Shown: positions 9,001 through 17,657, numbered from the stretch's first letter. The stretch is 32,000 nt of DNA from Horticoccus luteus (GCF_019464535.1 NZ_CP080507.1:1-32000), one strand, 5' to 3'. Numbers and translations are program-made. The notes: generated by a model from the sequence alone, not told the origin.

Positions 9001-9641
9001 GAGCGTCGCTCCGCCCGCAGGTGATAAGCGCCGAGAGGCGCGATGTCCGTTTTCCAGCGCCACTCGTTCGGATCGAGGCCGAGAAAGACCGGGAGCTCGT
9101 CGCCCCGGAAACCGGCGGCGATGCTGATGTGGCCGTCGTGACGCGTGACGCGATGCGCACCCGCGAAGCGGCAGGCGAGCGCGAAAACCCATTGGAAACG
9201 GCGGCGCCGCGCGGGTTCGGAAAACAAGAGGAGACGCGCGGAGGGAGCGAAGGCGGCGCCCAGTTGCCGGAGTTGCGGCTCGGTGAAGTGATGCAGGAAC
9301 AGGCTCGCGATCACGACGGGATAGCGCGGCCAGTGGGGAAAGTTGAATACGTCGGTCTGGTGCCACGTGCCGGTCCATGCGGGCGGGCGCGACACGCGAT
9401 CGAGGCCGGCGTAATGTTCGCTGCCGAGGGCGGGGGCGAGGTCGAGTGCCAGCGTGCCGTCGCCCGCCCCGAGTTCGATCACGCGTTCGCCGGGAGCGCG
9501 GCGGGTGGCGAGTTGCCCGCGCAGCCAGGCGGCGGTGCCGAGCCGGCGGTTGATCCATCTCAAATCGCGCCTACTGTGGATCGCCGCCGGATCTTCGGGC
9601 GGCAGTTCATCCAGCCATTCAGGTTCGACGATGCGGCGCAC
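8997..9641 (-). CDS. Class I SAM-dependent methyltransferase
   Basis: GTG start at 9641. Motif I VIELGAGDGTLALDL. N-terminal EPEWLDELPPEDPAAIHSRRDLRWINRRLG is typical of small-molecule methyltransferases. Confidence 0.8.
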   Translation of the reverse strand: MRRIVEPEWLDELPPEDPAAIHSRRDLRWINRRLGTAAWLRGQLATRRAPGERVIELGAGDGTLALDLAPALGSEHYAGLDRVSRPPAWTGTWHQTDVFNFPHWPRYPVVIASLFLHHFTEPQLRQLGAAFAPSARLLLFSEPARRRRFQWVFALACRFAGAHRVTRHDGHISIAAGFRGDELPVFLGLDPNEWRWKTDIAPLGAYHLRAERRS

Positions 9642-9661
9642 GCGCGGACGGTGGGCGAGGG

Positions 9662-11212
9662 TCAGTCCGCGTGCAATGCCACTTCGGGTTTCAAGCCGCG
9701 CGCGAAAGCGGGAGCGGGCACGGCGTCGCGGCGCGTTTCCTCAAGCCCCATGAGGCCGGTGACGATGAACCCGGCGGCATAGATCAACAAAAACGGACCG
9801 ATGAAGAGGCGGTCGGCGGCGACGTAAACCACGACGCCGAAGAAACAATAAGCGCCCAGCACGAGCTCCAGCCAAGGGAGAACCGGCACTTTGACGCGAT
9901 AAGCGGTGCGGGCGCGATCGCCGCGTTTGGGGGTGCGAACAAATTCGCTGCGGTGACCGGCGAGGCCTTCGATGATCGCGCGAGTGTTGGACAGCGCGAC
10001 GCCGACGCCAATGCACATCAGCGCGGGGAGCCACGCGAGATGGCGGAACCAGCGGCCGTGCAGCGCGCGCTGGCTTGCGAGGTAGAGGGCGTTGGGCGCG
10101 ATCAACGAGACGACCATCGCGCCGACGATGAGCGCGCGTAGTCCGCCCGAAACGTAGAGTGGCAGCGTGAGCATCACGGGCACGGCGAGGAGGGCGACCG
10201 TCAGCATCAGCGGATGCACACAGTAATGCGTGAGATGGAGGGTGGCCTGAAGTTTCGTCCACGCGGAGAGAGAGCGTTCGCGCCAGATGCGCGGGAGGAG
10301 TTTGCGCGCCGTCTGGATGGAGCCTTTCGCCCAGCGGAACTGCTGGCTTTTGAACGCGCCGATGGTGGACGGCAGTTCGCCCGGAGCTTCGAGCGTTTCG
10401 ATGAAATGCGTTTTCCAACCGGCGAGTTGCGCGCGATAGGAGAGGTCGAGGTCCTCGGTGAGCGTGTCGGCGGACCAGCCGCCGGCACCGAGAATCGCGG
10501 CGCGGCGCCAGAGGCCGGCGGTGCCGTTGAAGTTCATGAGCAGGCCGTTGAAGGTGCGGGCGGATTGCTCGACCATGAAATGGCCGTCGATGCCGAGGGC
10601 TTGCGCGCGGGTGAGCAGGGATTCAGCGGCGTTGAGGTGGCCCCAGCGCGCCTGCACGATGCCGAGCTGCGGTTGCACGAGAAAGAACGGCACGGTGTGG
10701 CGCAGGAATTGCGGCGGCGGCACGAAATCCGCGTCGAAGATCGCGATGAATTCGCCGCTGGCGAGGCGCAGGCCTTCGGCGAGGGCGCCGGCTTTATAGC
10801 CGCGGCGATGCGTGCGGCGCACGACGCTGATCCAATGGCCGGCGCGCTGCAGTTCGCGGGCCACGCGGTCGACGATGTCGGCGGTCTCGTCGGTCGAATC
10901 GTCCATGACCTGGATCTCGTGGCGGTCGAGCGGGTAGTCGATCGCGGCGGCGGCGCGGAGGGCGCGCTCGGCGACGTTGGCCTCGTTGTAGAGAGGAATC
11001 TGTGTGGTGACGATCGGCAGCGAAGCGGGATCGGCGAAGCGGGACGCGGCCTCGCGGATGACGACGTGGCCCGCGCGCACGGCATCGCGCCGCCGCAAAA
11101 AGAGTGCGACCATCACGTAGCAATTGAGGCCGTAAATCGCCAAACCGAGCGAGGCGGCGACGTAAACGACGACGAGAAGGAAGCTGAAGAATTCTGCCAC
11201 GGGCGGCATCAT
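9662..11212 (-). CDS. Integral-membrane family-2 glycosyltransferase (CslA/cellulose-synthase-like, D,D,D,QxxRW type; no PilZ domain)
   Basis: N-terminal TM segment, then IPLYNE, DDSTDET, FDADF, LTEDLDLS and QQFRWAKG motifs. Several C-terminal TM helices. ATG ATG at 11212/11209. Confidence 0.85.
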   Translation of the reverse strand: MMPPVAEFFSFLLVVVYVAASLGLAIYGLNCYVMVALFLRRRDAVRAGHVVIREAASRFADPASLPIVTTQIPLYNEANVAERALRAAAAIDYPLDRHEIQVMDDSTDETADIVDRVARELQRAGHWISVVRRTHRRGYKAGALAEGLRLASGEFIAIFDADFVPPPQFLRHTVPFFLVQPQLGIVQARWGHLNAAESLLTRAQALGIDGHFMVEQSARTFNGLLMNFNGTAGLWRRAAILGAGGWSADTLTEDLDLSYRAQLAGWKTHFIETLEAPGELPSTIGAFKSQQFRWAKGSIQTARKLLPRIWRERSLSAWTKLQATLHLTHYCVHPLMLTVALLAVPVMLTLPLYVSGGLRALIVGAMVVSLIAPNALYLASQRALHGRWFRHLAWLPALMCIGVGVALSNTRAIIEGLAGHRSEFVRTPKRGDRARTAYRVKVPVLPWLELVLGAYCFFGVVVYVAADRLFIGPFLLIYAAGFIVTGLMGLEETRRDAVPAPAFARGLKPEVALHAD

Positions 11213-11318
11213 ATACGCTCAGAGGGAGTTGCACATCGGGTCACGGCCGGCGGCGCGGGTAGGGTTTACCGGCAGAGGCGTGGTTGGGCGGTGGCGGATG
11301 ATTTGCGGTTGCGCCGGC

Positions 11319-11325
11319 GGGAGGG
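11319..11325 (+). promoter_or_regulatory. Shine-Dalgarno-like element for cstA
   Basis: GGGAGGG ends 3 nt before the ATG at 11329. This supports the longest-ORF start for cstA. Confidence 0.4.
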
Positions 11326-11328
11326 CTC

Positions 11329-13434
11329 ATGAGTGTTTCGGCGCTCCGGTTCCCCATGATAAAAACCTCCCTACGAACCCGCGCGCCGTTATGGGCCGCG
11401 GTGGTGGTGCTCGGCACCGTTTCCCTTGGTGTTGTGGCGTTCTCGCGCGGCGAGCCCGTGAACGCGTTATGGATCGTCATCGCTTCGGTCTGCGTATTCG
11501 CGATCGCGTATCGATTTCACTCCGCGTGGTTGATGGCGAAGGTGCTGACGATCGACGATCTGCGGGCGACGCCGGCGGTCGTGAACGAGGATGGCAAAGA
11601 CTTCGTGCGCACGAACCGGTGGGTGGTGTTTGGCCATCACTTCGCGGCGATCGCGGGGCCGGGACCGCTGGTCGGGCCGGTGCTGGCGGCGCAATTCGGA
11701 TATCTGCCGGGGCTGCTCTGGATGTTGATTGGTGCGACGCTGGGCGGTGCGGTGCACGATTCGGTGATTCTGTTTTGCTCGATCCGACGGCGGGGAAAGT
11801 CGTTGGGCCAGATGATGACGGACGAGGTGGGGCGGTTTGGCGGCATTCTGGCGCTCGTGAGCATCATCGCGATCATGGTGGTGCTGCTCGCGGTGCTGGC
11901 GCTGGTGGTCGTCAAGGCGCTCGCCCAAAGCCCGTGGGGTTTGTTCACGATTGCGGCGACGGTGCCGATCGGCGTGGCGATGGGCCTCGCGATGCGCGGC
12001 GGGCGAAAGCTCGGCTGGATCACGGTGGGCGGTGTGGTCGCGCTGCTGGCCTCGGTGGTGCTCGGAAAATACCTCGATCAGGCGCCGGTGTTGAAGGATT
12101 TGCTGACGTTGAAAGGCACCACGCTCGCGTGGTGGATCATGGGCTACGGCGTGGTGGCGTCGATTTTACCCATCTGGCTGCTGCTCGCGCCGCGCGATTA
12201 CCTCAGCACGTTCATGAAGATCGGCACGGTGGCGGCGTTGGGCATCGCGATTGTGGTGCTGGCGCCGCATCTGCGGATGCCGGCGCTGACGAAGTTCATC
12301 GACGGCTCGGGGCCGGTGTTTGCGGGGCCGGTGTTTCCCTTCTGCTTCATCACGATCGCGTGCGCGGCGGTGTCGGGTTTCCATTCGCTGATCGCGTCGG
12401 GCACGACGCCGAAAATGCTGGCGCGGGAAAAGGACATCCGGACGGTGGCCTACGGGGCGATGATCACCGAGATGCTCGTCGGGGTGATGGCGCTCATCGC
12501 CGCGTGCTCGATGGAGCCGGGGCAGTATTTTGCCATCAACATGGCCGGCAGTGCGGAAGTGGTGACCGCGAAGGTGACCGCGCTCGGGTTTCCGGTGACG
12601 CCTGGCGACATGACGGCGCTGGCCGCGAGCGTGGACGAGATCACGATGGTGGGCCGCGTGGGCGGCGCGCCGACCTTCGCGGTGGGGATGGCGCACATGT
12701 TCGCCGGTGTGGTGGGCAGCAAGTCAGCGCTGGCGATCTGGTATCACTTTGCGATCATGTTCGAGGCGTTGTTCATCTTGACGACGATCGATGCGGGCAC
12801 GCGCGTGGGACGATTTCTCGTGCAGGATGTGCTCGGCCTGGCGTCGCCGAAGCTGGCGGACACGCGGTCATTCTCGGGCAACGCGATCGCCACGTTGCTG
12901 TTTGTGGGCGCGTGGGGCTGGTTCCTTTATCAAGGCGTGATCGATCCGCTGGGCGGCATCAATTCGCTCTGGCCGATCTTCGGCGTGGCGAACCAATTGC
13001 TCGCGGTGATCGCGCTCGCGCTCGGGACGACGGTGCTGATCAAGATGGGGCGCACGCGCTATATCTGGGCGACGCTTGCGCCGCTGGCGTGGTTGCTGGC
13101 CGTGACGATGACGGCGGGTTGGATGAAGATTTTCAGCGCGGATGTGCGGCTGGGTTTCCTGAGCGCGGCGCGCAGCCTCGCCGGCAAGATCGCGGCCGGG
13201 GGCGAAGCGGCGCAGTTGAAGCAATGGCATCAGCTCATGGTGAACAACTACGTGAACGCGGCGGTGACGGGGACGTTTCTGGTGCTCGTGGCGCTGGTCG
13301 TGCTGACGTGCGCGCGGGTGTGGTGGCAATTGCTCTCGGGTCGGCGCGCCCCCGTGTTGCGCGAGGAGCCGTATGTGGCGGTGGGGGGGCCGGTTGAACA
13401 GGCGGTGACACGCGTAGCTGCTAACTCGTGGTAG
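11329..13434 (+). CDS. cstA: Carbon starvation protein CstA (peptide/pyruvate transporter family)
   Basis: 701 aa, polytopic. Family signature region RTNRWVVFGHHFAAIAGPGPLVGPVLAAQFGYLPG. Length and hydrophobicity are typical of CstA. Confidence 0.9.
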   Translation: MSVSALRFPMIKTSLRTRAPLWAAVVVLGTVSLGVVAFSRGEPVNALWIVIASVCVFAIAYRFHSAWLMAKVLTIDDLRATPAVVNEDGKDFVRTNRWVVFGHHFAAIAGPGPLVGPVLAAQFGYLPGLLWMLIGATLGGAVHDSVILFCSIRRRGKSLGQMMTDEVGRFGGILALVSIIAIMVVLLAVLALVVVKALAQSPWGLFTIAATVPIGVAMGLAMRGGRKLGWITVGGVVALLASVVLGKYLDQAPVLKDLLTLKGTTLAWWIMGYGVVASILPIWLLLAPRDYLSTFMKIGTVAALGIAIVVLAPHLRMPALTKFIDGSGPVFAGPVFPFCFITIACAAVSGFHSLIASGTTPKMLAREKDIRTVAYGAMITEMLVGVMALIAACSMEPGQYFAINMAGSAEVVTAKVTALGFPVTPGDMTALAASVDEITMVGRVGGAPTFAVGMAHMFAGVVGSKSALAIWYHFAIMFEALFILTTIDAGTRVGRFLVQDVLGLASPKLADTRSFSGNAIATLLFVGAWGWFLYQGVIDPLGGINSLWPIFGVANQLLAVIALALGTTVLIKMGRTRYIWATLAPLAWLLAVTMTAGWMKIFSADVRLGFLSAARSLAGKIAAGGEAAQLKQWHQLMVNNYVNAAVTGTFLVLVALVVLTCARVWWQLLSGRRAPVLREEPYVAVGGPVEQAVTRVAANSW

Positions 13435-13478
13435 CGTCGGACCCACGACAATCGCGCTTCGTCGGTCCTTGGGAGGGG

Positions 13479-13514
13479 GGCGAACCGTGTTCGCCTCGGT
13501 GCCGCAAGGCACCG
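13479..13514. terminator. Two adjacent GC hairpins in the convergent gap between cstA and the PEP-CTERM gene
   Basis: GGCGAAC-CGT-GTTCGCC (13479-13495) and CGGTGCC-GCAA-GGCACCG (13497-13514, GNRA-type loop). No U-tract on either strand. Confidence 0.35.
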
Positions 13515-13518
13515 TGGA

Positions 13519-14220
13519 TCAGCCTTCGCGAGGGGCGAGGGAACGGCGCCGCCACAAAGCGAAAGCGATCACAACTACGCCGGCAATGGCCGCGAAGGTC
13601 GAGGGCTCGGGGATCGAGGAGAGGACAACGGCATTGGCGACCGCGCCGTCCTGAAACCCCGTGCCGCCATAGGGCCCGGAACTGGCAACGAATAGCGTGA
13701 GGCTGCCGGTATTGTCGGCCGATGCGACGAAGTAGGTGTCTTGGGGTTGGGTTTGGGAGGCCGTGACGAACCCGATCCGATCACCGTTGGCAAAGATAGC
13801 CTCCTCCCGGGAATTGAAGTTGCCGGAGTAGTAAAGGAGGTCGACGCGGTATGGCGTGTCGGCGGTCAGACCGCTGAAGTCGATTTGCAGACCGTGGCCC
13901 CCGTCGTAAGCCACGGACTTAAGGATGCTGCGAAAGGCATTGTCGTCGGCCGAGGCTTGGCTGCCGTTGAATGGATCGTCGGATATCGCGTTGTAGGGGC
14001 CGACATTGTAACCAATCGAATAGGGCGCAAAGGTGACGCCTTGCGCGGTGACGGGACCGGTGCCGTTGAAATTGTAGGCGTAAACGACACGGGTGGAATC
14101 GAGCGCCAGTCCATCGCCGGCATCGCCTCCCGTTAACGCAATGGTGGTTTGCGCAGAAACGAGGGCGGCGGTAAGCAAACCGAGCACGACCGAGCAGACG
14201 ACGCGACGACAGAAGGGCAT
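13519..14220 (-). CDS. Secreted protein with C-terminal PEP-CTERM sorting signal; N-terminal domain of unknown function
   Basis: Signal peptide MPFCRRVVCSVVLGLLTAALVSAQT. C-terminus IPEPSTFAAIAGVVVIAFALWRRR = PEP motif + TM helix + basic tail. Confidence 0.8.
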   Translation of the reverse strand: MPFCRRVVCSVVLGLLTAALVSAQTTIALTGGDAGDGLALDSTRVVYAYNFNGTGPVTAQGVTFAPYSIGYNVGPYNAISDDPFNGSQASADDNAFRSILKSVAYDGGHGLQIDFSGLTADTPYRVDLLYYSGNFNSREEAIFANGDRIGFVTASQTQPQDTYFVASADNTGSLTLFVASSGPYGGTGFQDGAVANAVVLSSIPEPSTFAAIAGVVVIAFALWRRRSLAPREG

Positions 14221-14347
14221 GGCGATAGCAAAGACGCAGCCGTCGCGGAGTGAAGCCTAAACTGTTGGAGCGTAGCGGCCGCGCTCGGGCTGAGGGGCGG
14301 ATCGACCTGCGGTTCGCCAACCGACGCACGGGCCGGTCCGAAGCCTT

Positions 14348-15172
14348 TTAAGCGGGAGATGGCGCGGCGTTTTGATGCGCCCGCGGACTGCGGCCGAGGT
14401 GGCGGCGGTGGATGCGGTAGAACTGTTGATAGCTGCCGAAACCGGCCTCCAGAGCGCTCGCGAGCAGGGTCGTGTGAGACGTGGAGGCTTGATGAGCCGC
14501 GAAGCGTTCCAAGCGCAGGCGGTTTCTGAAATCGACGAGCGAGATGCCAGTTTGCTGGCGAAAGAGTTCGCTCAGGCGGGTGCGGCTGAGGCCGGCCTGG
14601 CGGGCGAGCGTCGCGAGGTCGTCGTTGTCGGGCGCTTGCCGGAGGAGTTCGGCGGCTCGCTTCACCGCGGGATGCACGTCGGCGCCCACGACGGGACGGT
14701 CGGCGTGGAGAAACGCGTCCCACGCGTCGAGCACGGCGCACGCGAGGCCGGCGTTGAGCCGATCAACATCTGCGGCGCGGGCATGTGTGTCGGCAAAGGC
14801 GCGTTGCAGTTCGCGTGCGCGGGCAACGGGAAGCTGGCGGCAAAAATCGCCGGCGGGCGCGGATTCGAGCAGCACGCGGCGGCCGGCGGCGCGGCAGATG
14901 CGGCGGAGGAGACGCGGGCGGAAAACGAGGATCCACATGCGATAGTCGGGAGACTTGTCGAGGAGCAGGTGGTTCTGGCCGGGAAAGAGCCAGATCATCG
15001 AGCCGGGGGTGAGCGCGTAGGTGCGATCATCGAGGAGATAGCGTGCAGTCCCGGCCGTCACGAGGTTGACCTCGAGTTCCTCGTGGCGGTGCTTTTCGCG
15101 GAAGTGATGCGTCGAGGCGTGGAACCAGAGGGCGCCATCGTGCGCGGAAGGCAGGGGAAGTTTCTCCAACAT
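14348..15172 (-). CDS. AraC-family transcriptional regulator (cupin-like N-domain + AraC HTH)
   Basis: ATG at 15172 (MLEKL...); the track ORF starts 9 nt upstream at a TTG. C-terminal LATLARQAGLSRTRLSELFRQQTGISLVDFRNRLRLERF ... ALEAGFGSYQQFYRIHRRHLGRSP. Confidence 0.85.
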   Translation of the reverse strand: MLEKLPLPSAHDGALWFHASTHHFREKHRHEELEVNLVTAGTARYLLDDRTYALTPGSMIWLFPGQNHLLLDKSPDYRMWILVFRPRLLRRICRAAGRRVLLESAPAGDFCRQLPVARARELQRAFADTHARAADVDRLNAGLACAVLDAWDAFLHADRPVVGADVHPAVKRAAELLRQAPDNDDLATLARQAGLSRTRLSELFRQQTGISLVDFRNRLRLERFAAHQASTSHTTLLASALEAGFGSYQQFYRIHRRHLGRSPRAHQNAAPSPA

Positions 15173-15264
15173 GCAGGACAAAACGATAACAACTCGCGGC
15201 AGGAGGAGAAGACGTTTTGCGGGCGGTGTGGCAGAGTGAGGCGGCTTCTTCCTCTCCTATTCCC

Positions 15265-16059
15265 ATGGGCACATCCTCCTCCCCGCGCTCGTCGATCACG
15301 CCGGAATTGCGGCGGCAGTTTCAAACCGAAGGCTACTTTGTGCTGCCGGCCATCGTGCCGCCGGCGCAGGTGGCGATGATGCGCGAGACGTGTGCGACGT
15401 TTATCAAAAATTACGACGCCGAGATGGATGCGGCGGGCGTGACGCAGCAAGGGATCAACATCAAGGGGAGCCGCTACTTCATCGCGAATCGCCACCGTGG
15501 CAGCCGGCTGGGCGAGTTTATCTTCAGCGATTTGATGGCGGAGATTTGCCGGGCGACTCTCGGCGACTCCGCGTATTTGTTTTGGGAGCAGTTCGTCGTG
15601 AAGGGGCCGGAGAAAGGCGCCAAGTTTAGCTGGCACCAGGATTCGGGTTACGTCGGCACGCCGCACCGGCCGTATATCACGTGCTGGGTGACGCTCGACG
15701 ACGTGACGGAGGCCAATGGCACCGTGTATATCCTGCCGTATTCACGCGCGGGCTCACGGGACTTGCAGCCGCACGTGAAAAACGCGGAGACGAACGATCT
15801 GGAGGGCTATTTCGGCGCGGACCCGGGCGACCCGGTGATCGTGCCGGCGGGAAGCATCGCGGTGTTTTCGAGCCACGTGTTTCACCGCAGCGGTTTCAAT
15901 ACGACCCCGCACTGGCGCCGCGTTTATCTGCCGCAGTATTCGGCGGAACCGATTCGACGGGCGGATGGATCGCTGGTGGCGTTTGCGGAGCCGTTTCTCG
16001 AGGATGGTAAGCGCGTGGCGGCTGCGGGGCCAGGCGATGCGGACACGCGGGCGAGCTGA
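15265..16059 (+). CDS. Phytanoyl-CoA dioxygenase (PhyH) family Fe(II)/2-oxoglutarate oxygenase
   Basis: ATG at 15265. N-terminal ELRRQFQTEGYFVLPAIV, HxD triad in FSWHQDSGY, distal His in SSHVFHRSGFN. Divergent from the AraC gene. Confidence 0.8.
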   Translation: MGTSSSPRSSITPELRRQFQTEGYFVLPAIVPPAQVAMMRETCATFIKNYDAEMDAAGVTQQGINIKGSRYFIANRHRGSRLGEFIFSDLMAEICRATLGDSAYLFWEQFVVKGPEKGAKFSWHQDSGYVGTPHRPYITCWVTLDDVTEANGTVYILPYSRAGSRDLQPHVKNAETNDLEGYFGADPGDPVIVPAGSIAVFSSHVFHRSGFNTTPHWRRVYLPQYSAEPIRRADGSLVAFAEPFLEDGKRVAAAGPGDADTRAS

Positions 16060-16080
16060 GGAGCAGCGCCCGCGCACCGG

Positions 16081-17529
16081 TTATTTCTTCGCGAGGGTGG
16101 CGGCGGCGCGGGCGACGTCTTCCGCCGTTTGGTGCAGCGGGCGGTCAGCGTAGTCCTGCAGGCCGGTCCGCAAGCGATCGCGCAAGGGCGTGAGCCACTC
16201 CGCGGGCACGGCGGATTCTCCGCCGCGCAGGCCGAACAAGCTGCCGCACGTAGCGCCGTTGCAGTCGGTGTCGAAACCGGCCGCGACCGCGAGGCGGATC
16301 GTCGTCGTGAAATCCTCGCCGCCGCACAAGAGGCTGGCGGCCACCACCTGCGCGTTGGGAATCGTGTGACACCAGTCGTGCGCGGAGAGCTCGTTCCACT
16401 CGGCGTGAATGCTGGCGATGAGCGTGTCGAAATCCGCGCCCGCAGCGTGTTCGACTAGGATGCGTTCGACGCCGGCTTGGAGCCGCGACCGGCGAGGCAC
16501 TTGCGCGAGACCCGCGCGGATAATATCCGGCCACGGGTGAACGACGTAGGCCGCCGCCAGCATGGCCGCGACCCACATCTCACCGTAAATGCCGTTCTTG
16601 ACGTGGCTGATGGAGGCATCGCGCCAGGCCCACTCGGCGGCTTGCGCCGGATCGCCGGGCGCGGCGTAGCCGAAAAAGTCCGCGCGAATCTGCGCGCCGA
16701 TCCATTCGCGATAGGGATTGCGCACCACTGCGCTGCGTGGCGGCAGGCAGCCACTGATGAAGTTGCGATAGGCCACGCGTTCGGCGGTGCAGGTGGCGTT
16801 GATCGGAAGCTGATCGCACCACAATGTCGCCATATTGACGGGAGTAAAATCGCGTCCGTGCCGCCGCATGACCTCCATGCCGATCAGGGTGTAGTTGATA
16901 TCATCGTCGCTGGGAAAGCCGTCGGTGCGATCAATGTAGAAAGCGGTCATCATCGGGCGGATGGGGCGCAGCGGTTTGGCGGCCATGATGCGGCGCAATT
17001 CGGCGGGCGTGGGCGAGCGCTGGTATTGGCGCAACGGCCAGTTGCCGGTCTCCTCCGCCCAGCGGCGAATCGATCGCTGATCCGCGCTTTCGAAAGGTTT
17101 GCCGAGCATGCAGCCCGCCACGCGGCCGAGAAAGGCGCCGCGCACGCGGTCCGCCATCTTCGCCCGGGAACCCCGCCACGGCGGCAGCGCGCCTCCGCGG
17201 CGGCGTTGGGCGCGAATCCCTTTCAAATCGCTGGGTTCCACGAACGGATAATCCGGGCGCATCGGCAACGCCGATACGCGATCGAGCAGGGCGCCGGCGT
17301 CGGCGAACCACTGCGCACCGCGGCGGCCGGTCAACAGCTGTTCGAGGTAACCGGCGTCCGGCTCAACGGCCGCGAGGCGGGCAAATTCTTTGGCGACGGA
17401 GGACAGGTCGCGCCCTTCCTGTTCGGCCTGCAGTGCTTCGGTGCCGAGATCACAACCGTAAAGCCAAAGCTCACGATTGGCCCACGGCACGAACTGCGAC
17501 CACTCCGACGGCGAAAAAGTTGACGACAT
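16081..17529 (-). CDS. ADP-ribosylglycohydrolase (ARH/DraG) family protein with an N-terminal extension of about 130 aa
   Basis: ATG at 17529 (MSSTFSPSEW...). ARH N-motif DRVRGAFLGRVAGCMLGKPFE and C-motif AGFDTDCNGATCGSLFG. 482 aa, versus roughly 300-350 aa for typical family members. Confidence 0.8.
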   Translation of the reverse strand: MSSTFSPSEWSQFVPWANRELWLYGCDLGTEALQAEQEGRDLSSVAKEFARLAAVEPDAGYLEQLLTGRRGAQWFADAGALLDRVSALPMRPDYPFVEPSDLKGIRAQRRRGGALPPWRGSRAKMADRVRGAFLGRVAGCMLGKPFESADQRSIRRWAEETGNWPLRQYQRSPTPAELRRIMAAKPLRPIRPMMTAFYIDRTDGFPSDDDINYTLIGMEVMRRHGRDFTPVNMATLWCDQLPINATCTAERVAYRNFISGCLPPRSAVVRNPYREWIGAQIRADFFGYAAPGDPAQAAEWAWRDASISHVKNGIYGEMWVAAMLAAAYVVHPWPDIIRAGLAQVPRRSRLQAGVERILVEHAAGADFDTLIASIHAEWNELSAHDWCHTIPNAQVVAASLLCGGEDFTTTIRLAVAAGFDTDCNGATCGSLFGLRGGESAVPAEWLTPLRDRLRTGLQDYADRPLHQTAEDVARAAATLAKK

Positions 17530-17657
17530 GCGCCCGAGTCCAACGAACACCGCGGCGGATACAAGCCGGATGGCGCCGCGAAAAGCGGGGGCGGCCGCGC
17601 GCGGCGGCGTGGCTGGTGTCGCGACGCGTTTGGCGTGCGGAAGCGAATTCACGGGCG

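Noticed and set aside
9001-9558. Upstream extension of the FAD-oxidoreductase ORF (track ORF 7978-9558, 526 aa)
   Set aside because: The extension overlaps the methyltransferase gene out of frame and is Arg/Pro-rich. The GxGxxG fold begins right after the ATG at 9000.
11229-13397. 722-aa plus-strand ORF overlapping cstA in another frame
   Set aside because: Gly/Arg/Asp/Ala-rich nonsense translation. The +1-shifted frame (11329-13434) encodes an unmistakable CstA transporter with a Shine-Dalgarno element.
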